NCBI GenBank assembly: GCA_038087875.1
Contig: CM075978.1
Location: 183,024,001 to 183,088,000 of the forward strand
Length of the DNA: 64,000 nt
From: Malacoraja senta
Taxonomy: Eukaryota
Direction: 5' to 3'
Both the position numbers and the translations under genes were made by a program. Under the pieces are notes generated by a model. The model was not told the DNA's origin and ran no database searches. It was given only the letters and a program-made list of their open reading frames with translations. This document shows positions 22,030 through 35,246 of this stretch, piece by piece. How positions within the stretch are numbered: the stretch's first letter is position 1; the number at the start of each line of letters is the position of its first letter.

Positions 22030-22560
22030 GTGAACTTGATAGTGTGAGCACTGCGTTCTTTGATCTCAATTGTATGAATGTGGTGTGTTTTTTAATTGTT
22101 TTAGTGTGATTTCTTTGTTTTTATCATCTCAATAGTGTGGCGACTGTGTTTTCTAAACTTGATATTGATTGTTAACTGATATTGATAACGTGAGCATAGT
22201 GTGTTAACTGACCGCAATAGTGTGACTATTGTGTGTTCTCTGACGTCGATAGTGTGAGAATTATGTGTGGACAAACCATGGTATTCAATGCTCTCTTTGA
22301 ACTCCACTGTCTGAGCTCTCTGCCTTCTCTTAACTTAATAGTGCAAGCAGCATTTCCTCTGAACTCGAAAGTGAGATCTTCGTCTTGTGATAGAGTGACA
22401 GAATGAATGCTGCATGTCTGTGAACATTATGGAGTAATTGCCCTGCAATCACTGAATTTGATGGTATGAGCACGGTGTGTTTGTTGGAAATGAATATCGT
22501 GGCACATTTGTGGTCCGTGAACGTGATGGAGTGAGACTGTATTTTGCATGATCATCATCC
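22030..22560. repeat. Highly degenerate ~30-32-bp tandem repeat (consensus about tgaacttgatagtgtgagcactgtgtgttctc)
   Basis: Recurring tgaac...atagtgtga...tgtgtt blocks at roughly 30-nt spacing; no formal alignment done. Confidence 0.5.
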
Positions 22561-22729
22561 CGTTATCTGATGTGTCACATAGTGAGAAAGGCACTCTTTC
22601 CACCCCATGTTGGAAATAGACACACTTAGTTGAATGAACATATTAACACATTGGTGTGTTAATGTCATCATCTTAATGAATTGGGCCAATGAGAACTACT
22701 CACTGTGTAGGTTCTTACATTTATAAGTG

Positions 22730-23285
22730 ATAGGAGCAGAATTACACCATTTGGTCCATCAAGTCTACTCCGCCATTCAATCATGGCTAATTTATCTCTC
22801 CTACCTAACCCCATTCTCCTGCCTTCTCACCACAACTTTCGACACCCATACTAATGAAGAATCTATCACTCTCTGCCTCCACAGCCTTTTGTGGCAACAA
22901 ATTTCCACAGATTTACCATCTTCTGCCCATGTTAGACTTCCCAAAACGCAACACCTCACACTTCTCTGTATAAAACCCCATCAACCATTCCTCAGTCCAC
23001 CTGCCCAAGTGATCCATTCACTGTAATGGATCCATTCACAGTGATCCAACACCTCACACTTCACTGTATAAAACCCCATCAACCATTCCTCAGTCCACCT
23101 GCCCATGCTGTAATTTTTAACTACCATCTTCACTGTCTGCAATACCATCCACTTTTGTGTCATCTGCAAATTTGCTAATCATGACATGTACATTCTCATC
23201 CAAATCATTGATATAGATGACAAACAGCAATGTGCCCAGCAGTGAACCCTGAGGCACACCACTGGTCACAGACTTCCATAGTTAG
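22730..23285 (-). mobile_element. CR1 fragments
   Basis: ccgccattcaatcatggctaat 3' UTR; gtcatctgcaaattt (FADD) and ccctgaggcacaccact (GVPQG). Confidence 0.75.
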
Positions 23286-23499
23286 TACTTAAGATACTTC
23301 AAGTTATGGATGGAATATATGAATATTTAGTTTAGACATACATCATGGAAACAGCATTATCAGTTGACACTATTTCTATGTTACCTGACTTTCTTTTCCT
23401 TCGCTCCATAGATGCTGCCTCAGCCACTGGGTTTCTCCAGCATTTTTGTCAACCTTTGATTTTCCAGCATCTGCAGTTCCTTCTTAACCACTTTCTTAT

Positions 23500-23700
23500 C
23501 TACTCCCTTCATACCAGAGGCAATTTAGAGACCAATTAACCTACAAACCCCCATTTTGGGGGGGATGTGGTGGGAGCATGTGGAGGAAAGCTGCATGGTC
23601 ATAGTAAGAACTTGCAAACTCCACACAGTCAGCAACCAAGGTCAGGATCGAACTCGGATATCGGGTGCTGTGAGTGAGGTAGCAGCTCTACCAGCTATGG
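23500..23700 (-). mobile_element. Degraded HE1-like SINE
   Basis: ggcaatttagagaccaattaacctacaaacc...gcagctctacca. Confidence 0.65.
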
Positions 23701-23769
23701 TGTCATCCTTTGTGTTCATTTGTGTTCAATCAAAGGGGGATCCTTCGATGAATTAGCTGGAGTGCAGAG

Positions 23770-24175
23770 ATGGGCATTAATGGTGCCTGCATCTTGCAGT
23801 GTGAAAGGCATAAGGCAGCCAGCATCATCAGAGACTCACCAACATTAAGAGCAAGATTGTTGTTCTGGCACCATTTGGTCAGTCGATAGATCTCCCTCCT
23901 ATACTCCGACTTATTGCCATCTATAATTCGGTAGTGTCGTCGGCAAATTTGAAGATGGCGTTGGAACTGTCCGGCTACACAGTTGTGAGTATAGAGTGAG
24001 TAGAGCAGGGGGCTGAGCACGCAGCCTTGAGGTGCTCCTATACTGATGGTTATCAAGGAGGAAATGTTGCTGCCAATTTGAACGGATTGTGGTCTGTCGT
24101 TGAGGTGGCTCATTTGACCGTGGCCGCAGCTCAGTCCCGAGTGCCGGTGTTTTCCAGCAGCCAAGCGCTGTTAGA
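23770..24175 (-). mobile_element. Rex1-like LINE RT fragment (degraded)
   Basis: [22 protein letters not shown] and WCQNNNLALNV in ORF 23730..24164. Confidence 0.8.
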
Positions 24176-24328
24176 AGGCTTCCTCTGGCCTGTCTGCCAG
24201 CAAGATCAAAGCAGATCTTAGAGAGGAGATGTAGGAAGAAATTGCAGGTGCCGGGTTATACCGATGATCGACACTAAATGCTGGAGTAACTTTTAGTGGG
24301 AAAGGCAGCATCTCTGGAGAGAAGGAAT

Positions 24329-24363
24329 GGGTGACGTTTCAGGCCGAGACCCTTCTTCAGACT
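24329..24363 (-). ncRNA. Minimal hammerhead motif
   Basis: AGU-CUGAAGA-A-GGGUCUCGGCCU-GAAA-C-GUC|ACC; core intact, helix I only 2 bp. Confidence 0.45.
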
Positions 24364-24519
24364 GAGAGTCAGGGAGAAGGAGCCTAGAGATATGGAAGGG
24401 TAGGGTGTGTAAGAGGAGGCGTTGATAACATCCTCCACCACTTTGCAGGTGTTTAAGAATAGATTAACAGGCAGTGTTTAGCCAGGTAGGTTGTGTTCTT
24501 TTATTTGCAAACAGAATGC

Positions 24520-25045
24520 ACCGAAGGTCATAAGGGTCATAAGTAATAGGAGCGTAATTAGGCCATTCAGTCCATCAAGTCTACTCTGCCATTCAATCAT
24601 GGCTGATCTATCTCTCCCTCCTAACCACATACTCCTGCCTTCTCCCCATAACCCCTGACACCCATACAAATCAAGAATCTATCTATTTCTGCCTTAAAAA
24701 TACCCATTGACTTGGCCTCTACAGCCGTCTATGGCAATGAATTCCACACATTCACCACCCTGGCTAAAGAAATTCCTCCTCATCTCCTTCCTAAAGGAAC
24801 ATTCTTTAATTCTGAGGCTGTGACCTCTAGTCCTAGACTCTCCCAGTAGAAACACCCTCTCCACATCCACTCAATCCAAGCCTTTCACTATTTGGTAAGT
24901 TTCAATGAGGTCCCCCTCATCCTTCTAAATTCCAGCGAGTACAGGCCCAGTGCTGTGAAATGCTCATTACATGTTAACCCACTCATTCCTGGGATAATTC
25001 TTGTAAACCTCCTCTGGACCATCTCCAGAGCCCATACATCCTTCC
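24520..25045 (-). mobile_element. CR1 3' fragment
   Basis: QRRFTRIIPGM, LGLYSLEFRRMRG and CR1 3' UTR. Confidence 0.85.
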
Positions 25046-26064
25046 TCAGATATGGTGCTGGGCAACTTTTCACATTGACAGGTAGATGTCAGTATTGTAA
25101 GTGTACTGAAACAGCTTGGCTAGGTAGTTCAGGAGTGGCGGGCTTCGGAACTACAGCTGGACGGTGCCTGGCTCCACAGTGTTTACTATATCAGTGCCCT
25201 CAAATGTTTTTTGATGTCAGAGTCATCTGAGTTTGCTGGAGACTGGGCTTCTGCGATGCTGGGGATTTCAGGTGGAGGTGGGAATGGACCTTCTGGCTCA
25301 ATCTGGTTGTGAGTGCTTCAGTTGGTCTTCAGCACTCACCTAGTCATGGGGGAAGGGGACCTTCTTGGAGCTTCCACCTCCCGTTAGCGTATAACTGTCC
25401 ACTGCCGTCTCCACCACATGTGGTGGGACTGTGCAGCTGTGATCTGACCTGCTGCTTGTGAGGTTGCTCACCTCTGCCTGTTGTGTGCCGCTCAAGCTGT
25501 CTACAATACCTGTAGCTCTGGGTCACAGCCCCTCAGTACTAGCGATGCCTGGAGTGGTTCCATGCATTCCCTCCTACATGCCTCACTGAACCAGGCGTGA
25601 TCCCCAAGCTCGGCAGTTTTGCTGGAGGGAGGGAGAAACATGCCGGACTATCAGCTTCCTGACTGCTGGACCTCAAGCATGTCAATGATACGACCAAACA
25701 AACACACCAATACGTCTCATTCATCCAAAGATCAATAAAAATCATCACGGCTTCCATGTCTCTTTCCATATTCTGTAGAGAGGGTGGGAAGTAGGTTTTG
25801 TGTGGTGGACAGAGCTACCGCAACAACTGTCTGCAATTTCTTGTGGTCTTGAGGAGGGCTGTTGCCTACAATACGTGATGCATCTCAACAGGATGTGTTC
25901 CACGGCGTAGAAATTGGTATCATTGGAGACATGTCAAATTTCCTTAGTCTTCTGAGGCATAGGTGTGTTTTCTTAGCTGCTACATCAATGTGGTCGGATG
26001 AGGATAAATTATTGGTGATATTTATGCCTAACAACTTGAAGGTTCCAAAGATGGAACAGGCCCT

Positions 26065-26340
26065 TTGGCCCAGCGAGAACACACTGACTATTGATCTCTC
26101 ATTGACACTAGATCGATTTTATCCCACTTTCTCCTCCACTCCTCGCACACTAGGGGTAATTGACTGAGGCCAATCAACCTACAAACCTGCACGTCTTTGG
26201 GATGTGGGAGGAAACGGGAGCATGCGGAGAAAACCCATGTGGTCACAGGGAGAACGTGCAAACAACACACCGATATCATCTGAGGTCAGGATCATACCCG
26301 GATCTCTGGTGCTGTGAGGCAGCAGCTCTACCAGCACCAT
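26065..26340 (-). mobile_element. HE1-like SINE
   Basis: Standard head, core and tail on the minus strand. Confidence 0.8.
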
Positions 26341-27499
26341 TGTTGCTGATAAGGCCATGAATACCACCCTGTATCCTGAAGTCAAGAAGGAGTTATCCGT
26401 ATTGCTGATATTGATGGAGTGTTTGTTGACAACACCATGTAACTAAGTTCTCTGTCCCCTTTTATTCTGTCTCATCCTTGTTCAAGATCTGGCCCACTGC
26501 AGTGTGTCATCTGCAAACTTGTAAATGGAGTTAAAGTTGAATTTTGCCGCATAGTTGTGAGTATGTAGGGCCTATAGTAAAGGGGTTGAGAATGCTTCCT
26601 GGTGTTGAGAGTTAGTGGAGGCGATGTTTGGTCACCTACGCTTATAGGTAGCAACCCTATGAGTCCAAAGTCGAGGATCCAAGTGCCAAAGTGTGTGTGT
26701 GTGTGTGCGTGTGTGTGGGGGGGGGGGGGGGGGGGGGGAGTTGGTGGGTGCTAAGTCCTAAGTCCAGGTTTGGAGAACAGTATTGTTGGAATGTGTTAAA
26801 GAAGGAACTGCAGATGCTGGAAAATCGAAGGTACACAAAAATGCTGGAGAAACTCAGCGGGTGCAGCAGCATCTATGGAGCGAAGGAAATAGGTAACGTT
26901 TCGGGCCGAAACCCTTCTTCAGAATGATGATGCTGAAGGCAGAGCTAGAGTCGGCAAATAGGAATCTGACGTAGGTGTATATAATTATGGGTGTAGGAGT
27001 GAGTAGAATAAAAGGAACTAACAAGAAGAACATAGGATGTCGCACATTAGTAAAATTATTTGTAACAGCTTAGTAATCATGCTTAGAAATGTTAGTAATA
27101 ATGCTTAGAAATGTTTAGAATAATCAACAATTTCCATGAATACTGAGTCAGGCTACAGTTTCTTTGGTCTTGGATTTTTCTGTAATTATGTGGTATATTT
27201 AGCAACACAAACTTGACCAAAGATGGACACATGAAGCTGGAGTAACTCAGCGGGTCAGGCAGCAGCTCTGGAGAAAATGGTTAGGTGACATTTCGGGTCC
27301 CAATCTATCTGTTTTCTCCAGAGATGCCGCCTGACCCACTGAATTACTCTTCTACCCCTTTGGTATAAACCAGCATCCTTATTATAACAAACAACGACCA
27401 ACGGCAGTGATATATTGAAAACAAACAACGGTAGAATTACAGATGAAAAAACCTCCCATGAAATAGAATACTAAAAATATTCAACAGGTCAGGTGGATA

Positions 27500-28860
27500 T
27501 TTAGGTTAGGTCCCTTTATGGACCAGTGAGGTAATCTACGTATGGAATCATGTGAGATGGGCGAGGTCTTCAATAAATATTTCTCCGCTGTATTTACCAT
27601 GGAACAGGTCATGGAAGCCAGGGAATTCAGGGAAGGGAACAGTGTTGTCCTGAAACATATCGTTAATTATGAGAGAGGAGGTGTTGGCAGTTTTGAGGCA
27701 CCTGAAGGTGTATAAATCCCCAGGATCTGACAAACTGTCTCCTTAGATGTTGCAAGGGAGGACATTTCTGGGGCCCTGGCAGAATTGTTAGTGTCTTCCT
27801 TAGCCACAAGTGAGATTCCAGAATAGTGGAGTTGTTTAATGATGTGCTTTTATTTGAGAAGGGCTGCAAGGATAAGCAAGGGAACAACAGGTTGGTGAGA
27901 CTAACTTCAATGGTGGGAAAGTTACTGAAAAGGATTCTGAGGGACTAGGTCTTACCTGCATTTAGAAAGACAAGAACTGATTAGTGATAGTCAGCATGGC
28001 TTTGTGTGTGGGAAATCATAACTCAAAATTGGATAGAATATTTTGAAGAGACCAAGAGGATTGACTAGGGCAGGGTGGTAGATGTTATCTATGTGGATTT
28101 TAACAAGACGTTTGACAACATCCCATATATAGACTGGTCTGAAAGCTGAGATTACATGGGATCCAGGATGAGCTAGTCAATTGGATACAGAATTTGCCTT
28201 GTGGAAGGGGATAGAGGAGTAGAGGGTTGTTTTTCAGATTGGAGGGCTGTTATTGGTGGTGTGTCACAGGGATAAATGATGGATGCCCTGTTGTTTGTCA
28301 TATATATTAGCAATTAGGATGAGAGTGTATGTGGCATGATTACTAAGTTTGCAGATGATACCAAACTTGATGGTGTGGTGGACTGCAAAGAAGGTTGTCT
28401 AATGTTACAACAAGATCACGATCTTGGAAAGTGAGCAAAGGAATATCAGAATTTAACTCTGGCAGGTATGAAGGAAGGTAAACTGGGGCCCTGGGGAACG
28501 TTGTAGAACAGAGAAGCTAGGGGTACAAGTTCATCGTTCAATGAAAATGGCGACTCTGGTAGACTGGGTGATGAAGAAGCCAAATGACATACTTGACTTT
28601 ATCTGAAGGAGCAATTGAGTACAGGAGTTGGGATGTCTTGTTACAGCTGTATAGGATGTTGACGAGACTGCACCTGGAATATTGTGCGCAGTTTTGGTTG
28701 CCACGCTATAGGAAGGATATAATTAAGCTTGAGAAGGTTCGGAAAGGTTCACAAGGATGTTGCAGGGGTTGGAGGGCTTCAGTTATGAGCAGAGACCTAA
28801 TAGGCTGGAATTGTTTTCTCTGGAGTGCAGGAACCTGAAGGATAATGTTGGACGTTTATA
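27500..28860 (+). mobile_element. Old degraded CR1 (RT region)
   Basis: gtcagcatggctttgtg (QHGF), tttgcagatgataccaaa (FADDTK), RLHLEYCAQFW. Confidence 0.8.
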
Positions 28861-28864
28861 AATA

Positions 28865-29945
28865 GACAATAGACAATAGGTGCAGGAGTAGGCCATTCGG
28901 CCCTTCGAGCCAGCAGCGCCATTCAATGTGATCATGGCTGATCATCCCCATTCCTGCCCCGTTCCTGCCTTCTCCCCATATCCCCTGACTCAGCTATCTT
29001 TAAGAGCCCTATCTAGCTCTCTCTTGAAAGCATCCAGAGAACCGGCCTCCACCGCCCTCTGGGGCAGAGAATTCCACAGACTCACAACTCTCTGTGAGAA
29101 AAAGTGTTTCCTCGTCTCCGTTCTAAATGGCTTATCCCTTATTCTTAAACTGTCGCCCCTGGTTCTGGACTCCCCCAACATCGGGAACATGTTTCCTGCC
29201 TCTAGCGTGTCCAAACCCTTAACAATCTTATATGTTTCAATAAGATGCCCTCTCATCCTAAATTCCAGAGTGTACAAGCCCAGCCGCTCCATTCTCTCAG
29301 CATAAGACAGTCCCGCCATCCCGGGAATTAACCTTGTAAACCTACGCTGCACTCCCTCAATAGCAAGAATGTCCTTCCTCAAATTAGGGGACCAAAACTG
29401 CACACAATACTCCAGGGGTGGTCTCACTAGGGCTCTGTACAACTGCAGAAGGACCTCTTTGCTCCTATACTCGACTCCTCTTGTTATAATGGCCAACATG
29501 CCATCCACTTTCTTCACTGCCTGCTGTACCTGCATGCTTACTTTCATAGACTGGTGAACAAGGTCCCCCAGATCCCATTGTACTTCCCCTTTTCCCAACT
29601 TGACGCCATTTAGATAGTAGTCTGCCTTCCTGTTTTTTATACCAATGTGGATAACCTCACATTTATCCACATTAAACTTCATCTGCCATGCATCTGCCCA
29701 CTCCCCCAACCTGTCCAAGTCACCCTGCATTCTCATAGCATCCTCCTCACAGTTCACACAGCCACCCAGCTTTGTGTCATCTGGAAATTTGCTAATGTTA
29801 CTTTGAATCCCTTCATTCAAATCATTGATGTATATTGTAAATAGCTGCGGTCCCAGCACCGAGCCTTGCGGTACCCCACTAGTCACTGCCTGCCATTCTG
29901 AAAGGGACCCGTTAATCCCAACTCTTTGTTTCCTGTCTGCCAACC
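28865..29945 (-). mobile_element. CR1 3' portion with a long RT ORF
   Basis: ORF 28990..29997 ([18 protein letters not shown]) plus 3' UTR and (ctattgt)n tail. Confidence 0.93.
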
Positions 29946-30139
29946 AGGTACTCGGATAGGAAAGGTGAAGAGAGATATGGGCCAAATACGGGAACATTGG
30001 AGCAGCTCAGGGAGGAGCCTTGGTCAGCATGGACAAGTTGGGATGCAGGACCTGGTTTTATGTTGCATAATTATGATTCTATGACTCCACGCTGCTTGAC
30101 CTGCAGAGTACCGCTTTCCTTTGTATTTGCTGCTGCGTA

Positions 30140-30515
30140 TAAAATAATAAAAGGACCGGACAAGCTAGATGCAGGAAAAATGTTTCCAATGCTGGGGGAG
30201 TCCAGAACCCAGGGGCCACAGTCGCAGAATAAAGGGGAAGCCATTTAAAACTGAGATGAGAAAAAACGTTTTCACCCAGTGAGTTGTGAGTTTGTGGAAT
30301 TCTCTGCCACAGAAGGCAGTAGAGGCCAATTTACTGGATGAATTTAAAAGAGAGTTAGATAGAGCTCTTGGGGCGAGCGGAATCAAGGGATATGGGGAGA
30401 AGGTAGGCATGGGTTACTGATTGTGGATGATCTGCCATGATAACAATGAATGGCGGTGCATGCTCGAAGTGCCAAATGGCCTCCTCCTGCACCTGTTTTC
30501 TATGTTTCAATGTTT
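30140..30515 (+). mobile_element. CR1 3' end
   Basis: LDAGKMFPMLGESRT and 3' UTR. Confidence 0.85.
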
Positions 30516-31080
30516 CTATATTTACCTCCAGCACTCAGGCTGTTTTGTTTTGTGGTTGGAAAGATACAGGTTCCCACAGCTACACTTTTATTTTGGTGCA
30601 AGCAAACAGTGTTAATGGGGAAGTTGTTCAGCGTGAAAACCAGTTCCTCCAGGTGAGAATCCAGGCTGTGGAGGAGTGGACCTCGGAATACAATCAGCCT
30701 GTAACATCGCACAAACTGTTGTTCAATGCAAATAATATATTTCCTTAATTGCAAGTTAATATTAGCTGAGTATAAATTCTCATTCCATTCCAACTGCCCA
30801 TCTCTCCTACTCTGCTCGTTCTAGTTTACAGCACCCTCATCTCCTGATGAGTCTTGTAGACTTTGTCAAAACTAAACTTTGAACCAGTGACTTGAGAAGG
30901 AAATTAGATTACAGTTTGCAGCGAGCCTAGCCCATTAAAAAAAGACCGTGGTCACTAAGAGAGGTAAGTTTTTCAATGTTGTGTGTGCTTTTCTTGATGG
31001 GCTAAGTAGGAGTTCTCCCATCCCAAGATCCCTGCAGAAAAGCTGAGAAACCTGCCATTTACTCGCTCCCAGTTTGCATT

Positions 31081-31119
31081 ATGGTCTGAAGAAGGGTCTC
31101 GATCTGAAACGTCACCTAT
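31081..31119 (+). ncRNA. Minimal hammerhead motif
   Basis: AUGGU-CUGAAGA-A-GGGUCUCGAUCU-GAAA-C-GUC|ACCUAU; helix I GGU/ACC. Confidence 0.55.
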
Positions 31120-31926
31120 TCCTTTTCTCCAGAGATGCTGCTTGACCCACCGAGTTACTCCAGCTTTCAGCGTCTATCTTTTGCATTGTGGTTTGTTGCT
31201 CTCTGCCAAGTGTTTGGGAGATCCACTCGTATGATTGAAGTTGAGGCGGGGGACTTGAAATTACCTGGCCTCAGTTCTGGAGCAAGGCTTCAAATGTTTG
31301 TTCTGCAATTTTACTCATTTTCCAACAAACACCTTAGATTTAAAACAGGGTCTGAGGAGTTTATCTGTGTGAATAAAAAGTTGTCAAGTCTGTTATCGTA
31401 AAAACTAAACTTTGTTTCAATTCCCACAAATGTGGCCTGACCCACTGAGTATTTTTTATCAATTTCGATTTTTAATTTTAATTTTATTTTGTAAGTTACT
31501 TTGGGACGACTCTGATAGACAGGTAGAACTTTTATAAATACAGCTGATTTATTTTTAATAAGTTAATTTTATGAATGAAAATGTTACAACATTAGTCCAT
31601 TTGATTCAGAGTCGGCTTAATTTCTTTCTTCAACTCAATGTAAAAAGGTTGGAACTTGTAGAGGTCGTAGGAGAGGTGTCAGGGAGGTGTTGGTGAAATT
31701 TAAAGGTGGAAGAGTCAGAAGGTGACAATGTGTATTCACTTGGTTTTGTTGCAGTCTACAGTATCTTGCCTTGGACAGCAATAGTTTCTCTTCTCATTCC
31801 CTCAGCTGCTGTCTAACTTGCTGAATATTTCCAGTATTTTCTGCTTTTACTTTGGATTTCCAGCAACTGTTTTTCAGTTTTCATTGTCAGTTGCCACACA
31901 TGTGTTTATGCGTTGTCGTTACTCAC

Positions 31927-32016
31927 CAAGTTTTCCCTGAATTTCACGCCGTCTACAACCTGGAAGGCCGCTTGTCCAATTCCAGTACAGAATGAACAGG
32001 AGATTCTTCCAACCAA
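31927..32016 (-). other. Candidate orphan exon (90 nt; LVGRISCSFCTGIGQAAFQVVDGVKFRENL in phase 0, or GWKNLLFILYWNWTSGLPGCRRREIQGKL in phase 1)
   Basis: Acceptor ctttgttattcccaatAG and donor TTG|gtgagt in unique sequence; no recognisable product. Confidence 0.3.
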
Positions 32017-33156
32017 CTATTGGGAATAACAAAGCCTTTGTTCTTGGTGCCCAAGACAAGCTCAGTTCCTCACCTCTCGTTCTCCATCCCTCTCTCTGGC
32101 AACTCTCTGACATTGACACAGAATTATCACACTTTCATGTAATTTTAGATTCCCCAATAAATACAGAACCATGTATCCTTGCCATCTTTAAGATCACTTA
32201 TTTCCATCTTTGTCACCTCAAACCTGTATCAGTTCAGCTGTGGCTAAATTCCTCATTTGTATCATGATTTGACTATCCCAGGGCAACCCCAGCAACCCCC
32301 TTATTTTCTATTCTTTTTAAAAATATATACTCTTTTATTGGCATTCCACAGCAAACACATTTCCATAAAACAGGTTTCAGGTATAATGTTAAATGTATAC
32401 ATCATCCACTTATGTTTGTCTTGAATTGCCTCTTTTTGAGATTTGTACAAAACAAATATAGAAACAAGAACACAGTAAAAACTACAAACACTTAGGGAGT
32501 GATCCTTTCTTTACCATATAATCAAACATTTGTAAAAATAAAGTCTGGCCTATGAGACGTTACATAGTTAACCCAATTTTCCCAGCGTGACACAAATAAA
32601 TCCAGTTTAAAGTTAACATACGCTGTTATTTTCTCAATTTTATAAATGTCCATTGTGATGTCCATCCATGCATTCAGAGTTGGACTCTCCTGTGATAACC
32701 ATTTCTTTGTAAGAGTTTTTTTACCAGCTACCATCAATATATTCAGTAACTATTTGTCTTTTTTCCACCAGTCTTCAGGTATGAGTCCAAAAAACATGGT
32801 CTTACTCTCCAGGGGCACATGACATCTAAAAATGTCTTGTAAGGCATCATGTAACTCTCTCCAAAAATCTTTAATAACAGGGCAATCCCAGAGAACATGG
32901 TAATGATCTGCCTTTAAATTTCCACATTTTCTCCAACAAACTGGAGAGTTCCCACAGTAATGGGATTTTTGAGAAGGCATAATAAAATACCGTATCAGGC
33001 TTTTCCAACTAAACTCCCTCCAGTTTTGTGAACTGGTACACTTCCATTGATACCTCCATATTGCTGTCCATTCTTCCTCGGATATGATTATCCCTCCTTC
33101 CTTCTCCCATTTCATTTTAATATATAAGGTTGAGTGTGATTTAAGATTCAGTAACC

Positions 33157-35182
33157 CCTTGTCGAGAGTATCAGGTCCCATTCAGGCATTTATGGATATA
33201 ATACCAAATATATCACCAATAAAATTTCGCTATATGCAGATGATGTACTTCTATACATTACTAATCCCCAAGTTAGTATTCCAAATGTTCTAAACATTAT
33301 AGAACAATTAGGTTCTTTCTCAGGATATAGAATAAATTGGAATAAAAGTGAAATTATGCCAATAAAAGAACAAGACCCTTCTCAACTCCAAAAATTTCCT
33401 GTCAGAATTGTTACTGAAAAGTTCAGATATCTCGGAATTTACGTGACTATAAAGTATTCCTCTCTGTTTAAAATTAACTTTCCACCATTAATTACTAAAC
33501 TATATGCCTACATTCAATTTTGGAAAACACTTCCTATTTCCCTTATAGGTAGATTAAATGCCATAAAGATGATCTTCCTTCCGCAACTCTTATATTTATT
33601 TCAATCAATACCGATATATCTCCCTAAAAGTTAAAACAATTTTTTGATTCTATTGTCACTAACTTTATTTGGGACTACAAAACCCATAGAATACACAAAA
33701 GACATTTGTGCAATTCCAAAGAAAATGGAGGATTAGCTCTTCCTAATTTTATTTTTTACTACTGGGCAACTAACATTTAAAGTATAACCTTCTGGTTAGA
33801 CGATGTATGTCAACATGTAAATTGGTTAAAAATGGAGAGGGAAGATTGTTTGCCTTTTATTATAGGCTCGATCCTCCTATCTCCAACACATTTGAATAAG
33901 TCAACGTATGAGCAAAATCCGATAATACATAGTACTATCCGTATCTGGAAACAGTTGAAATTCAGTCTTAAATTGAGAAACATGTCTCTCCTTCTTCCTA
34001 TTGCAAACAATCCCTCGTTTAAACCGTCTACTTTAGATATGGTGTTTGTTCAATGGAAGAACCTGGGAATTAATACTGTGGGAGACTATAAGAAGGGGAC
34101 TCTCTTTTCTTTTCAAGAACTACAGGAGAAATATCACTTGAATGCCAACAATTTTTTTAGATACCTTCAAATCCGAGATTATGTGAAAACATATACACAA
34201 GACTGTCCTCTTATGGGTCCAGATATATTAGACGATTGTTTGAATAGACACGCCGATATTAGAAAGTTGATATCTTACATTTATAACACTCTCTTAAATA
34301 TTGGTACCCCACCTTCTGAGATTTATAGGCGAGCATGGGAGGACGAGCTGGGTTTACCCATTTCAAAAGATATATGGGAGGAAAGCTTACTATACATACA
34401 TTACTGTTCTTTAAATGTCAGGCATTGCCTGATACAATTCAAAGCATTGCATAGGTTATACTACTCAAAGACCAAATTGAATAAGATTTTCCCAACTGTC
34501 TCCCCTCTCTGTGATAAATGTCACCTCCAAGAAGCTACCCTAACCCATTCTTTTGTATCCTGTATAAAAATACAAAATTTCTGGATGGGAATATTCAATA
34601 CCATTTCTAAAACACTCAAAATTCAATTGGAGTCAGATTTAAAATTAATAATACTAGGAATGTCAGAAGGGCTGCCCTAAGTTAACGATATTCCAAAGAC
34701 ATTTCCTTAACTATGGTTTAATAACTGCGAAAAAACTTATACTTAAATTCTGGAAAAAGATAACAGTTCCCACAGTGAAGATGTGGATCATAGACACTAC
34801 ATTTAGAAAAAATAAGGCTTGTTTTGTCTGACAAATCAGATAAATTTTCCAAAATATGGTCTCCTTTCACTGAATTTCTTCAACAACAGAATGGTTGAAC
34901 ACAAATTCAAAACCGACGCTAGGGTCGGATGAGCGGGCGTAGGGATGGGTAGTGGGATATATCTCCGCTTTTTTTTTTCACTTCTTTGTTAGTTCAGGGG
35001 GGTTTTCTTCTTTCTTTTTCGTATCTTTCTTCTTCCTTTTCATTCTTTCCTTTTTACTTTTTTTCCGATTCACTTATCAGTTTATAAAATGTTAAAACTG
35101 AAGCTGTACAAAAATTGTGTAATTGTTATGTCCATTACTTTCTCCTTGTACAATTGTTTCTAATAAAATAAATATTTAAAAA
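33157..35182 (+). mobile_element. 5'-truncated L1/Tx1 LINE 'B' inserted into L1-A
   Basis: KISLYADD at its start, C-terminal CDKC..H..C motif, AATAAA and A tail. 14-bp TSD aagattcagtaacc at 33143-33156 and 35183-35196. Confidence 0.92.
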
Positions 35183-35246
35183 AAGATTCAGTAACCTTAA
35201 TTTTACTACCAGTATCTGAGTTATACGCTTTCTTAAATAATCCCAT

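Noticed and set aside
20690-22560. CRISPR-like or RSS-array interpretation of the periodic repeats
   Set aside because: Eukaryotic DNA; units are contiguous with no unique spacers; no heptamer-12/23-nonamer sets found.
25050-25780. Possible Gypsy integrase remnant on the minus strand
   Set aside because: Only vague motif resemblance with multiple stops; it cannot be supported by eye.
26940-27470. GPCR-like hydrophobic segments (HPMFFLL..., VILPLFV...CY)
   Set aside because: T-rich minus strand, isolated short pieces separated by repeats, and no ordered 7TM motif series.
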